Assembly (NCBI GenBank): GCA_032718475.1 | Contig: JAUCBJ010000326.1 | Coordinates: 35,951-99,950 of the forward strand | DNA from: Nemertoderma westbladi | Lineage: Eukaryota > Animalia > Xenacoelomorpha | Direction: 5' to 3' | DNA length: 64,000 nucleotides | Shown here: piece by piece, positions 36,468 to 48,448 of the stretch | Numbering within the stretch: position 1 is the first letter of the stretch | Layout: every line of letters begins with the position of its first letter | The notes under the pieces: model-generated | What the model saw: only the letters and a program-made list of their open reading frames with translations | What the model was told of the DNA's origin: nothing | Databases searched by the model: none | Program-made: the position numbers and the translations under genes

Positions 36468-38141
36468 TGGGGTAGACGACTCGGAAATTTTTTTTCGAGT
36501 TTTCGTTGGTTTCATGTGAAAGAGCATGTGAAAAAACCCCAGAGAGCAATTTTACTTTAAAAAAATTAATATTGGCCGAGTTATAGCGATTTTAAAACGC
36601 AAAATTAGCAACATCGAAAAATCAGGCCGTTTCAGAAAACTGCACGAGTGACGTCAGCCATAACACAGCAACAGTTGTCAAGCGCAGTTGATTGGCAAAT
36701 ATAAAGTATAATATTGCAGTATCTAAAATAAAACAAATAATAAATGTAGCTATGTATTTATTTGGATGTGTATTTGTGTTGTGTTAAGAATCGATTATAG
36801 AATAGCGGTATGGAGGCAAATTATTCATATCAAGTTAATTATTCCAGAATAATATTTATTTCGCCCATACCTGTATCGTAGAGCTGTATGTAGCTAAAAA
36901 TAAATATAGCTAGTTAAATACTGCCAGGCGTTTCATTAATCTATTTTTTAATTGTTTTTACAGCGAACAATGTGGCAATCGCCCAAAACATAATGTTTTG
37001 GGCGATAGGTTTATGTTCTTGACATATTTTGGCTAGTTACATGTGAAAAAAAATGTTTTAAAGAAAATAAAAACAAATGTTTGTGATAGCTAGTGTTTTC
37101 ACTGGTATGTATAGTTTTAATATTGTAGCTAGTGTTTTTATAAAATACCACAAAATCTTATTTTTTGATGCCATTTCAGATGCCATTAAACCAACGCATG
37201 TGGTAGAAGTAAAATGTCCAACATCAAAACATCCATTCAAAAATCGTATCTTACACAATCGAATATCGTAAGCGCTAAATTCATGTCACAAATCCAACTT
37301 CAAATACTTCTTTGCAATAAACAATGGGCCTTGTTTAGCGTCGCAGATCCATCTTTTGAAATAAATGGCGAAGTGAAAATAGTTGAAGTATCATATGATT
37401 CCATATACATGCAAAGTTTACTGAAAAGTAGTCGTAGCTTCTGGAAGGAATATATATTTCCCAAAATTGTGAAAAAATAGATAATTAAAAAATTTAAATT
37501 ATACAGTAGTTATAGTTCAACTAAATTCTGATTAATACTGATTGTATTGAGATGGCAGCTGAAGATATTTTTACTACGTCATCCATTACAGCTACATGGA
37601 CTAACTATGTCCACTTACTACTAACTAAGTGCGAATCCACAATCTAATCCAAAGTAATCTAAGTTTTGAAGCTGAATAAAACTTCAATAAGCTACTGGAT
37701 TTCTACCACCTGGCAGTTTTAGCTACAAAATATGTTTTATTTTTATAGCTAACAACTGTATAGTTTGGGAAAAATAATTATTATTCTGGAATAATTAACT
37801 TGTCATGAATCAATTTCCACATTAAGATATCAAATAATGTATTCTTAACACAACACAAAAACACACTAAATAAATATTAGCTACACAATTTATTTTAGTT
37901 ACTAAGAGATTTATATTGTATAGTAACCAATGAACATTTACTGCTGCACTAGTGACGTCACTAGTGCAGTTTTCTGAAACGGCCTGATTTTTCGATGTTG
38001 CTAATTTTGCGTTTTAAAATCGCTATAACTCGGCCAATATTAATTTTTTTTAAGTAAAATTGCTCTCTGGGGTTTTTTCACATGCTCTTTCACATGAAAC
38101 CAACGAAAACTCGAAAAAAAATTTCCGAGTCGTCTACCCCA
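36468..38141. mobile_element. Non-autonomous DNA transposon with long TIRs, Kolobok-like
   Basis: ~190-bp near-perfect TIRs, from TGGGGTAGACGACTCGG to TGACGTCA. Inserted at the TTAA of an RTE copy (TTAA retained at 38142-45, eroded on the left). Carries a YqaJ-like remnant. Confidence 0.85.
37180..37480 (+). pseudogene. Frameshifted terminal exon of a YqaJ/lambda-exonuclease-like PD-(D/E)XK nuclease
   Basis: Acceptor TTTCAG, then DAIKPTHVVEVKCP; after a frameshift the reading continues with MSQIQLQILLC...ALFSVADP...FWKEYIFPKI. Confidence 0.7.
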
Positions 38142-38472
38142 TTAATCGGAAACTGTAAAATTATTTAGCAACAGTAATTGCAGTAAACCGCTATGGGGAT
38201 CCATGCTGGGCTCTAACTGCTGAGGACACCTAATCTTTGGATGGCACATTCGCAAGAATGCTGCGCCGGGTTCACTGTGTCAAGTACAATACGAACATCT
38301 CTAATCCGATACTATATACACCATGTCCTGCAATATATTGGCGTAATCGTAATTCGCGCCTCAACAAAGTCATGGGCTGTCCACCATGCTTATTCGCTCC
38401 ATGAGGCTGCCAAAGCACATTATTATGCACTGGCTGGTCCTCACGGCGAAAACAATGTCCTGCAAAGCGGAG
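38142..38472. mobile_element. Degraded RTE copy (also 36441-36467) split by the Kolobok-like element; its distal part is inverted
   Basis: 38142-38315 matches ~2197-2375 in the forward orientation; ~38366-38472 matches ~2430-2537 in reverse. Confidence 0.85.
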
Positions 38473-39249
38473 ATTATTAATGTGTTTATCTGCTTTGGTT
38501 GGTTTAATTCAATTAAATTATATTAACGTGCTGAGGTTGTGAATGCATTTTATTATCGATGCAAAGGAAGATTGACATAATACTAATAAATTAATACACC
38601 ATACTCTATGAAATTGGTTGCATAATTCGGTTGATTTGTACCCGACCGGACAAGTATTAATCTGTTTAATTCAATAATTTTAACTGTTTCTTTTACAAAA
38701 AAAGTATATTTGTTACATATTTGTTATATTTGAACGACCTTTTTATCCGCATTTTCGAGGAATCGTATATTTTCGAGGTACAGTATGTGCACATTTTGTG
38801 CACATTTTTTCCGAGGCGTTGCCGAGGAAACGTTGCTGCACTTCTACGATTTCGAGTAAATCCGGACTAAAAATGATTTATTTTTGTTTTCTTTTAAAAA
38901 TTCACTTTTTCTCCGCAAAAATACGGACAAAAAACGACTTTTAGCCTAAAATCAACCAACATTTATAATATACTAATATTAATTATTAATATATTACAGA
39001 ATAAAATCTCAACATATAAAATAATAATTTTGGGCTCGTGGGTTAAAAATTCAGATGACCAGAATGAGATAGCAGTTTCCAATAACATCATTATCGGCTA
39101 CGATACTTAATTAAAATAAATATTACAAAATAAAAACGAGTAGAATGTAAAGTAGTATTGTTATGAAAATATAGTTCATGGACGTTAAAAGGTAATATAC
39201 GAAATAAAATATGTTAAAAGGAATAAAATCATGAAGTAATTAAAAATAC

Positions 39250-40001
39250 TACTACTAAAATCGCTGCATTGAAACTGCACATTGAGATGCTATGCCAGCT
39301 TAACAAAACCATTTTGTCACCACCATGCAATCCACAATTGGCAGGCCCAATGCATCGTGCATTAAGAATGCTATGCCGGCTTATCAACAAAATAGCACAG
39401 CCACAACTCCTTATCTCCCATGACATTTGCTAGATCATCCGCATCTTCAAGGCCAGTGTCCTTTAGGAGGCATCTCACGAAAGTCATGGGCTGTACACCA
39501 TGCTTATGTTCTCCACGGGGCTGCCAAAGCACAAGATTGTGCACAAGCTGGTCCTCCTGCGAAAGCAATGTCCTGCAAAGCGGATGCCGCTTTGTTCTAG
39601 TGTCAAGCTTGCTTGGGAACCCAATGAGTCACCTCCAATGTTATATAGTGTCTGGTTGGAGATGTGTGCATTGCACTTGACACAATGAACCCGGCGTAGA
39701 ATTCTTGTGAATGTGTCATCCAGAGATTTGGTGTCCGAAGCAGTTAGAGCCCAGCATAGACTCCCATAGAGGAGTACGGGAACTACTGCTGCTCTAAATA
39801 ATCGGACCTTCAGTTTCCGATTAATCTCTGTGACTTCCAAATCCAGTAAAGCCTATACACGGCTTTTTCCCTTACGTATTCGAAGGTCCTTATCTGACTT
39901 CCGGATCCATGATCCCAGGTAACAGAATTCGTCCTCATGCTCAAGCATACCTTCCTTTGAGCTTGTCCTCGTCCGCGGTCAGAGACTTGCTAAGATACTT
40001 G
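39250..40001 (-). mobile_element. Degenerate 5'-truncated RTE copy, same family as 1895-2694
   Basis: Frameshifted pieces of the same protein; (TAG)n tail; TSD GTAATTAAAA(A)TAC at 39236-39249 and 40002-40014. Confidence 0.92.
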
Positions 40002-40113
40002 GTAATTAAAATACAGTCTGTAATGTAGAAGGCCCTTTCTGAGTCAATTTCTGATAAAATAGTATGGGGGATCAATGTGAGTCATAAAAAATATATATTA
40101 GCTGAAAGCATCT

Positions 40114-40545
40114 CTAAAAAGGTGTGTCTTTAAAGTGTTGGATATCCGTGACGTTCCTGAGGAGATTAGCAGTTAACTGATTCCAAAGCGTGGGGCTGTA
40201 GGTTTGAAAGGCTCGTCCACCCAGTGTGGAACACTTGGGGCGCGGCACAATGAGTGCGGGGGCGGCGCAACTACGCGTGGTGTGGTGCTCACGAACTTGC
40301 AGCGATTTCATATATTTAATGTATTCCGGTGCTCGGTGGTGCAGGGCTTTAAAAGTTAGCAAAATTATCTTGAATTTAATACGCTGTCTGACCGGCATCC
40401 AGTGTAATTCTCGCAGTGTTGGTGTAATGTGATCGTACTTGGAAACCGATTTTATTAAGTGAGCCTCAGCGTTTTGTACACGTTGAAGTTTCTGTAGTTG
40501 ATAATCCGCTACGTTGTAGAGCAACCCGTTACAATAGTCTAGCCA
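40114..40545 (-). mobile_element. L2/CR1-group LINE ORF2 C-terminal relic
   Basis: LDYCNGLL, LQRVQN, DHITPTLRELHWMPVRQRIKFK and GGRAF..SPTLWNQL motifs. Confidence 0.88.
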
Positions 40546-40551
40546 GTAATG

Positions 40552-41195
40552 GTGAAAAATATCGAGAGTAAACATAACGTGAGATGAAAAATATCAAGAG
40601 TAAAAATATCGAGAGTAAAAATATCGAGAGTTGAAAAATATCGAGAGTAAAAATAACGTGAGATGAAAAATATCGAGAGTAAAAATATCGAGAGTAAAAA
40701 TATCGAGAGTAAAAATGTCGAGAGTAAAAATATCGAGAGTAAAAATATCGAGAGTAAAAATATCGAGAGTAAAAATATCGAGTGTTGAAAAATATCGAGA
40801 GTAAAAATATCGAGAGTAAAAATATCGAGAGTAAATATATCGAGAGTAAAAATATCGAGAGTTGAAAAATATCGAGAATAAAAATAACGAGTATTGAAAA
40901 ATAACGCGATTAAAAAATAACGCGATTAAAAAATATCGAGAGTAAAAATAACGTGAGATGAAAAATACCGAGAGTAAAAATATCGAGAGTAAAAATTCCG
41001 AGAGTAAAAATATCGAGTGTTGAAAAATATCGAGAGTAAAAATAACGAGTATTGAAAAATAACGCGATTAAAAAATAACGCGATTAAAAAATATCGAGAG
41101 TAAAAATAACGTGAGAAGAAAAATACCGAGAGTAAAAATATCGAGAGTAAAAATATCGAGAGTAAAAATATCGAGAGTTAAAAATATCGAGAGTA
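40552..41195. repeat. Minisatellite, 15-18-bp unit AAAAATATCGAGAGT
   Basis: About 40 imperfect tandem units. Confidence 0.95.
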
Positions 41196-42364
41196 ATTTT
41201 TCTAATAAGGGTTGTAGTCGAGTAGACGCTTGGTACATTTTACTGACGAACCGTTCTCCAGCGTATGACTGCAATTTTATTTGCTCATGATGTTGTTCAA
41301 CATTATAACAATAAATTTTCGCTATAAAGACTTTGGGAAAGGTTGAGCAATTTTTTTTATTGCCGTTTGTTTGGAGGATAAAATCATAACAAAATTACCA
41401 AAAGAATGTTAATCTATGTAGAGAATGTGTTAGCAACAACATTAAACATTCTAGAATATTATGTTTTTATGATTCAAAACATTGCAGTAATAAGTTACAT
41501 TTAGGCAATGAAATTTATTATGATTCAAAACACTGCAGTAATAAGTTACATTTAGGCAATGAAAATTTATTATGATTCAAAACACTGCAGTAATAAGTTA
41601 CATTTAGGCAATGAAAATGACCTTAAAGAGAGTTGGAGGCGACGAGTGCTTTGGCTAACATAATTAAAAAATATTGTGATTAATAGTGACATTTAGTTTT
41701 GAGAAAGATTGCCTTATCTGGATCTACCGCCTTATGTAAGGCGATAGATCCAAAAAATCAAAAAGTTGGAAACGCTAGAAATATGCAGCGATAGCAATAT
41801 GAGAAAGGACTTTTGCCATTTGCGAAACAAGATTGCCGCGACACGAAGAATTAGCTGGAAATTTGAAGATTCCGTTGGATTTGGGAGATGGTGAGCTTGA
41901 AGACCTAACTATTTTGGGAACCCGATTCTATCGAAGTTGTTACGTCAATTTTAAAGGTAATATACTTAATGTACACCACCATTTAATATATAGAATATTG
42001 TATAATACTTATATTTAAAAAGATTTGTATTTTCGCTTTACAATTGTTGTTGGAAAAGAATTTTAAAACGTCTCCATACAATCTAATCTAGCCACGGCCC
42101 TATCAAGCATTATTGATCATTTTATACTACTTTTTATGTAGCTATTTTTAAGTTTTGATACATATAAATATTCTGGAACATATTGCCGTTACCCAACATT
42201 TATACAATATTATTGTATTTTTTTTTAAATATTTCAGATTTTATTTATTTATTTTAAAATATGGCAGATTTTTTTTGTTATGATAGAAATATTTTTTCAA
42301 CTTTATTTGTTTATAACAAAGGCCTATATAAAAAAAAATGTGAATAAAACGCAACATAAAAAGA

Positions 42365-43335
42365 GGAACCCTTTCTATGTGAGGCCTAATCCTATATAGA
42401 ATCATTTTATTGTATATTTTGGCAGCTACCACAAACAGACAGATCCCACGATAGTTTGTTGGTATACCGAGGTCTCCTTTCTTGGGGAGAGGCTTTAGTT
42501 GACCTTTAATCCAAATTGGTGGTGGATTTTCCCCTTTTAACATCCGGTTGCAATCATCCGAAAATGGTATTTTTAGCACTCATGTTTTCCATACCTATTC
42601 AGGGATTTCACCTAATCCACTCGCTTTATAATTGGACATGCTTTTAATACTTTCTCAACCTTGTTGATGTTTTCGGCTGTTGGTTGTTCAGTTTTTACTT
42701 TGGAGTAGGAGTATCTTAACATCTTCTCTCTTGCGATTTTGAACTTCTACTGTGTGAGCTTCCTTTACTGCATTGTCAGTTCTGAGTTTCTCCCAGTCGT
42801 AGTTGATTTGCTTGCTTGTCCTGAGTTTACTGGCTCTCAAACTGAGTCTGAGCTCTGCAGTCTGGTCTGGTCCGAACAAATTAGGTTGAACGAGCTGACT
42901 ACTGTATGCCTCGCAGTTAAATGTCCATCCTTACTCTTTTCGAATGTGGTGTTTGTAGGTATCAATGACTTTATAAGCCCTTTCAAATCTTCTAGTCCTT
43001 CACTGCTTGTTCTGTCTCTGATGCATTGGAATTTTTATTTTCGATGGGGTTTAGTGTCAGAAGTGTAAATGGACTTAGGAGAATTCATACTCAACCAATT
43101 GAAACCTTGACCGAATTGCGTTCTGCTGAATTTGCAGACTGGAAGTGGATGGACGTTATACTGTAAACGTCCATTTCAAATGTCATTCATTATACTTGAT
43201 GGCAATGTCTCATGACTAATCTGATATTATTGAATACAAATGACGTCGATGTAATATTCCATTGCCAGAACTGCAATAATGTTTGCTAAGCAGTTTTAGA
43301 GTGCGTGCGTTCATTGTAGCAATATTTAGTGTCTT
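42365..43335 (-). mobile_element. Decayed 5' part of an RTE-like LINE (APE start to RT N-terminus)
   Basis: LNIATMNARTL at ~43300-43330; PLPKKGDL..NYRGICL..AAKIYNKMILYRI; many disruptions. Confidence 0.8.
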
Positions 43336-44093
43336 TCTAAGTTTCAACAGGTTGGTTCTCATTCTGCTCGACCTTCTTTCATTCACTGCGGTCTATAAAA
43401 TGAGTACCTGTTGAATTACTGGGAACAAACCTTGGGATACGAGTAGCACCAGTCATACCTTCGGGTAGCAGCTACTGAAGAGAGAGCCAGGAGCATGTTA
43501 CAGTGGCACGTTATTCTAACCAAAATGATAAACGAAAGTCAATTGAACAGGTTACAGTTTTATTTTTGGGAGTAACCAGCTGTTATTTGCGTCGATTTTT
43601 CCCTGGAGAGGGATGAATTTTGATTGCGACTAAAGGCCCTCCCTATCTTCGAAGAGATGCCTTCAGTCCGACTGTTTGATTGGCTTTTTTTACTATTGTA
43701 TAATGCAGATATTGATATATTAATCGAATTCCTAGAACTTTTAATTCCTGCAAAGCTAACCTAGCATTGCGAATTATCTTGCACAAAATATAATGAAAGT
43801 ATTATTTATTTCAGATGTAAAATTTAGAATTAAAGGAAACTGCAGCAGTCAAGAATGAATATAAGAAGAGCGGGCTCGCAAGTATTATTCTGGAGAGCGG
43901 CTGTAGATAATATGCGGCGGGCAGCCGCCACTATAGCCTACAAACTTTGGTTGGATGTGGGAGCAATTTGTAAATTGGTCTTTAAAATTTTATTGCAAGT
44001 GTGCGAGCAAGGACTGTGATAACGTGTTAATAATACTGCAAGTATTACTGCAAGTGGCTGACTGCGGACTGCTAAATACTGCTGTACTGCAAT

Positions 44094-45556
44094 ATGCCTG
44101 GCTCTACTACCGGTACGACAGGGCCTAGTATAATAATAAATAATATTCTCTGCTTTGCTTGGCATCGCCATTTACGGGGTGTCCCCAACGGTGATATAGT
44201 TAAAACTATGAACTGCTGGCCTGAATTTCTGTTACAAGACATTGTCTCTGCCCGAACAATATTGTCCAACTGCTTGGCTAATGATAGGAGTGAGTTTCTC
44301 AAACGTGTCACCAAACGGCATTCTGGTGATAACAAACGTGAAACTTATATCAAAGATATACTGGATGTCTTTGAGTTTGCAGGCTTCATTACGCTTCCTG
44401 CTGATAGCAAACCGGTATTCGTAGTAGAAGACTTTGGTGTCTTACCGCCTATTCTTCCTGACAGCATTAAACTTGCTCTAACTGTTAATGATGTACATGA
44501 CATCAAGCTACGGCTCTCTGCTTTGGAACAGGGCAGGTTAGCTACTGCTAGGCCTATTGCTTCTGACACCGTTCCTGGGGGCCCTTCTTGTAGGGGTGGG
44601 GATGATAAGATAAGTTCTGAGTCGATCATCTCTGACTTGAACATAAATTGCTGTATCGGTACCGGTACTACCGACGGGACAACTGATTGGAATTCTCAAG
44701 TTGAAATGGCTGAGACAGCCAAGGCGGCTGATACTACCGGTAGGCCTTCACAAACCTGTGCTTCTAATTATTCCAAAGCTGTTACCAATCGTCCACTCAC
44801 CCAACTAAAGGATACCAGCACCAGCAATGATTTCATTGTGGTATCAAAACGGAAACAACAGAAACAGATGCGGACCGGATGCAGACATCTAGTGCAACTG
44901 TGACTTCCAATAGGCCTGATAACCAACCAAACCGTAACCCACAACGCCGACAACAACGAACCATTGTTGGAACCGGGATGGGTGGTTCCCACAAAAATAC
45001 TACCGGTAGTACCACGATCTGCGGAGTAAAACGACTTAGACAACTATTTGTTTCAAGGATTGAAACTTGCTACACTTCAACTGATGTGCTACATCACATT
45101 AGAACCGCGTTTAATGTCACAGTAGAGAAATGCGAACAGATAGCAACTCGGTTTAATTCGTACAACTCATTCGTTGTAACTTGTCGACAGGAAGCGTCAG
45201 ATAAGCTACTGAGTGACACAAATCTCCACCTCTGGCCAGAAGGCGTCATTGCTCATTACTGGTCAGGTCCAAGAAATCCGCGATTGCCTACTGATACATC
45301 TATTGGAAAAAACAACAATCCTGCATTTATTCCTTCTTCGGATATCTCTACAAGTACTACTACAAAAGATACCGGTACTGGCGCTCAACTGGGTAGTAAT
45401 AACCGCGACAGATTGGGTTTGGAAGAGGGAACATCCACCTCTACAGCCTCAGCTGAGAAGGTTGTATTAGTCACGGACGATGACGTCGTCCAAGTGAGCG
45501 ATCCTCCGCCTGTTAGCCTCAGTTCCAACATCTACAATCATCTTTCTTCGGAATAG
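44094..45556 (+). pseudogene. LINE ORF1 split by one frameshift near 44880
   Basis: Two overlapping ORFs (44094-44903, 44879-45556). The C-terminal part has LFVSR...YNSFVV...WPEGV, typical of LINE ORF1. Confidence 0.75.
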
Positions 45557-45589
45557 TCTGCGCCGTCTCTAGTAACAATAATCAACATT

Positions 45590-48448
45590 ATGAACACAAT
45601 GGTAGAAATCGCATCATATAATACAAATTCCATTCGAACAGCTTCTAGTAGATACACCATACAAAAGTTGCTATCTACGTGTGATGTTCTGTTTCTACAA
45701 GAACACATGCTGCCACAACAAGATATTGCATATCTACACTCTATAAACTCAGATTTTTCAGCTTCTGGAAGCTCTCCAGTGGATCTTAGTAACGGTATTC
45801 TACGTGGGCGACCCTTTGGAGGCCTAGCTGTGTTGTGGAGAAAAACTTTAAAAGAGTCCTTCAGTATACTAGATAAGTCTGACCCCAGGCTAATGATAGC
45901 TGAGCTGAAGCTTAACTCGGGGGAATCAGTTATACTGGTAAATATATATCTGCCGTTTGAATGCTCTGACAATGCAGATCTTTACATGGAATACTTGGGT
46001 AAAATACAATCAATTTCACGTGCGCGAGGTTCGAATCATTTATTATTTCTTGGTGACTTCAATGCCGATATCAACCGCACCTTCTACTGCCATCTACTCG
46101 AGCTATGTCAGGAGGAAGGGCTCTTGATTGCGGACACTGAACGTCTGACTAAATCTACATTTACTTATGTAAACCAAACATATAAATCCACATCGTGGTT
46201 AGATCACTGCTTTGTTTCGGAGGGGCTGAACCAACACATATCGAAGATAGATGCTGGCTATGACCTCGCTATAAACGACCATATTCCCCTTGTTGTAACT
46301 GTGGATAATTCTCCATTCACCGGACCGGATGTTGATCCAACTACATTAAATTTTCAAACATCGAAAGTGGTTGGCGGTGCTAAAACCAACTGGTCGGCTT
46401 CTTCGGAGGGACAAAAGGTTTTGTACTCTAACAAATGCGAAGAACTGCTGTCGAAAATTGAAGTTCCTTGGTCTGCAATAAACTGCACAAATACTACATG
46501 TTTAGCTCATAGAGAGGATATTACGAGGTTCAACGATGATATAATTTCGGCTCTAAAGGAGGCAAAAACCCTATCTTTTCCCTCTTCCAAAACTCATTCG
46601 GCGGCATCCGCTCAGTACAACCATATCCCCGGTTGGAACGAAATTGTGAAAGAGAAGTACCTCCATTCGAGAGAGCTCTTCTTAATCTGGCGTGAGATGA
46701 ACAGCCCTCGGGGGGGTCCATTACACGCTCAACTACTTAAGGCGAAAGCCCAGTTTAAGCGCGCGTATCGAGGTGCCAAACGGGATGCCGATCAACTTCG
46801 ATCAGACCGTTTGGCCAACTCGCTTGCTGGCAATAATCCTCGTGATTTTTGGAAACACGTAAAAAGTAATACTACCTTTCGCACCACGCCTCCCCAAACG
46901 GTGGGTGACGCTAGTGGTGGACCTGCAATTTGCAATCTGTGGGCCGATAATTATAAATTACTATTTAATTCCAATAACTCTCCTATTGGTAGTGTGTCAG
47001 GAAAGGTCAAATCAGCAACCGCTAATATTGACTTTAGTTTAGAAATGCTCGTTTCCCCACGTGAAGTCTTAAGTGCTATTTCTCATTTATCATGCAATAA
47101 GGCATCAGGTCCTGATTCATTATTTTCTGAAAATATATTGTATGCTCCACGTAGATTACATATTTTTATAAGTTTTTTATATTCATGCTATTTTATTCAC
47201 GGTTTTTTACCCTTGTCTATTATAGAATCTAATCTTGTGCCTGTAATTAAAGATAGTAGTGGCCTGGTAACTGACCGCACTAACTATCGCCCAATAGCAT
47301 TGTCCTCTATCATGGGCAAACTTTTTGAAATTATTATTCTAGAACGCATTCGTGATAAGCTGGTAACTAATGACAATCAGTTTGGTTATAAACGACACTT
47401 AGGCACGGAATTATGTGTGTATTCAATTAAAGAACTCATTAACTACTATTTACGTAATGGTTCTAATGTATACATATCATTCTTAGATGCCTCAAAGGCA
47501 TTCGATACTGTATCGTATTCTAAATTATTTGATAAAGTTTTTGATAGATGTGTACCACCATATATTTTGAGAATTATTTGTTTTTGGTACGTGAATCAAA
47601 CTGTTAGGGTTCTATGGGATGGATACCTATCTGCTCCATTTAACTGTACAAATGGTGTAAGACAAGGTGGAATTCTGAGCCCCTATTTCTTTAATGTATA
47701 CACCAATAATCTTAGTACGCAGCTAACTAATACTGGTATAGGATCTAGACTTCATCACGTCTGCATTAATCACTTCTTTTATGCCGACGATATTTGCCTT
47801 ATTTCGACATCACCTACTGCTCTGCAAAAATTAATTAATCTGTGTGCATCCTATGCCAACTGCAATAATCTAACTTTCAATACGAAAAAATCTAAGTGTG
47901 TTTACTTTCACTGTAGTACTCGCAATTTTGTTTCTAGTGTACAAATTAAGCTTAATAATGTTGCTCTAGAAATAGTTAATAAATATAAATATTTAGGCCA
48001 TTATATTAGTAGTGACTTTGCTGATGACATCGATATCCGTAACCAGCTCAGATGTTTTTATGCTCGCGCTAACTCACTTCTTAGGAATTTCAGTATGTGC
48101 AGTCACAGTGTAAAGAAACAGCTGTTTATCAGCTTTTGCAGTGGAATTTACTGTAATTCCTTATGGGCTGACACATATTTTTCTAAATCAACTCTTGATC
48201 GACTTAGAGTGGCATATAATACCACAGTGCGTCGTTTATTTGGTTTTAAATACGATAATAGCTATAGTGCGAGTAATATGCTAGTTAGTCTGGGTATTAA
48301 TGGATTTCATCATATACGTAGATTTTCAATCATTAGCTTATTTAGAAGGATTGATATGTCAAACAATAATATTCTTGTGTATATCCGTCATTCTAGAACT
48401 GATTCACAAATTTTTCCTAGTCTATTACAGTGCAAATTAAGTATATAA
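45590..48448 (+). CDS. LINE ORF2: APE endonuclease plus reverse transcriptase, 952 aa, uninterrupted
   Basis: APE motifs YNTNS, LQEH, GDFNAD, WLDH, DH; RT motifs NYRPIAL, QFGYK, LDASKAFD, GVRQGGILSP, YADD, YKYLG. Confidence 0.95.
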   Translation: MNTMVEIASYNTNSIRTASSRYTIQKLLSTCDVLFLQEHMLPQQDIAYLHSINSDFSASGSSPVDLSNGILRGRPFGGLAVLWRKTLKESFSILDKSDPRLMIAELKLNSGESVILVNIYLPFECSDNADLYMEYLGKIQSISRARGSNHLLFLGDFNADINRTFYCHLLELCQEEGLLIADTERLTKSTFTYVNQTYKSTSWLDHCFVSEGLNQHISKIDAGYDLAINDHIPLVVTVDNSPFTGPDVDPTTLNFQTSKVVGGAKTNWSASSEGQKVLYSNKCEELLSKIEVPWSAINCTNTTCLAHREDITRFNDDIISALKEAKTLSFPSSKTHSAASAQYNHIPGWNEIVKEKYLHSRELFLIWREMNSPRGGPLHAQLLKAKAQFKRAYRGAKRDADQLRSDRLANSLAGNNPRDFWKHVKSNTTFRTTPPQTVGDASGGPAICNLWADNYKLLFNSNNSPIGSVSGKVKSATANIDFSLEMLVSPREVLSAISHLSCNKASGPDSLFSENILYAPRRLHIFISFLYSCYFIHGFLPLSIIESNLVPVIKDSSGLVTDRTNYRPIALSSIMGKLFEIIILERIRDKLVTNDNQFGYKRHLGTELCVYSIKELINYYLRNGSNVYISFLDASKAFDTVSYSKLFDKVFDRCVPPYILRIICFWYVNQTVRVLWDGYLSAPFNCTNGVRQGGILSPYFFNVYTNNLSTQLTNTGIGSRLHHVCINHFFYADDICLISTSPTALQKLINLCASYANCNNLTFNTKKSKCVYFHCSTRNFVSSVQIKLNNVALEIVNKYKYLGHYISSDFADDIDIRNQLRCFYARANSLLRNFSMCSHSVKKQLFISFCSGIYCNSLWADTYFSKSTLDRLRVAYNTTVRRLFGFKYDNSYSASNMLVSLGINGFHHIRRFSIISLFRRIDMSNNNILVYIRHSRTDSQIFPSLLQCKLSI

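Noticed and set aside
43380-43720. 5' self-cleaving ribozyme of the RTE relic
   Set aside because: No HDV-like or hammerhead core could be traced by eye.
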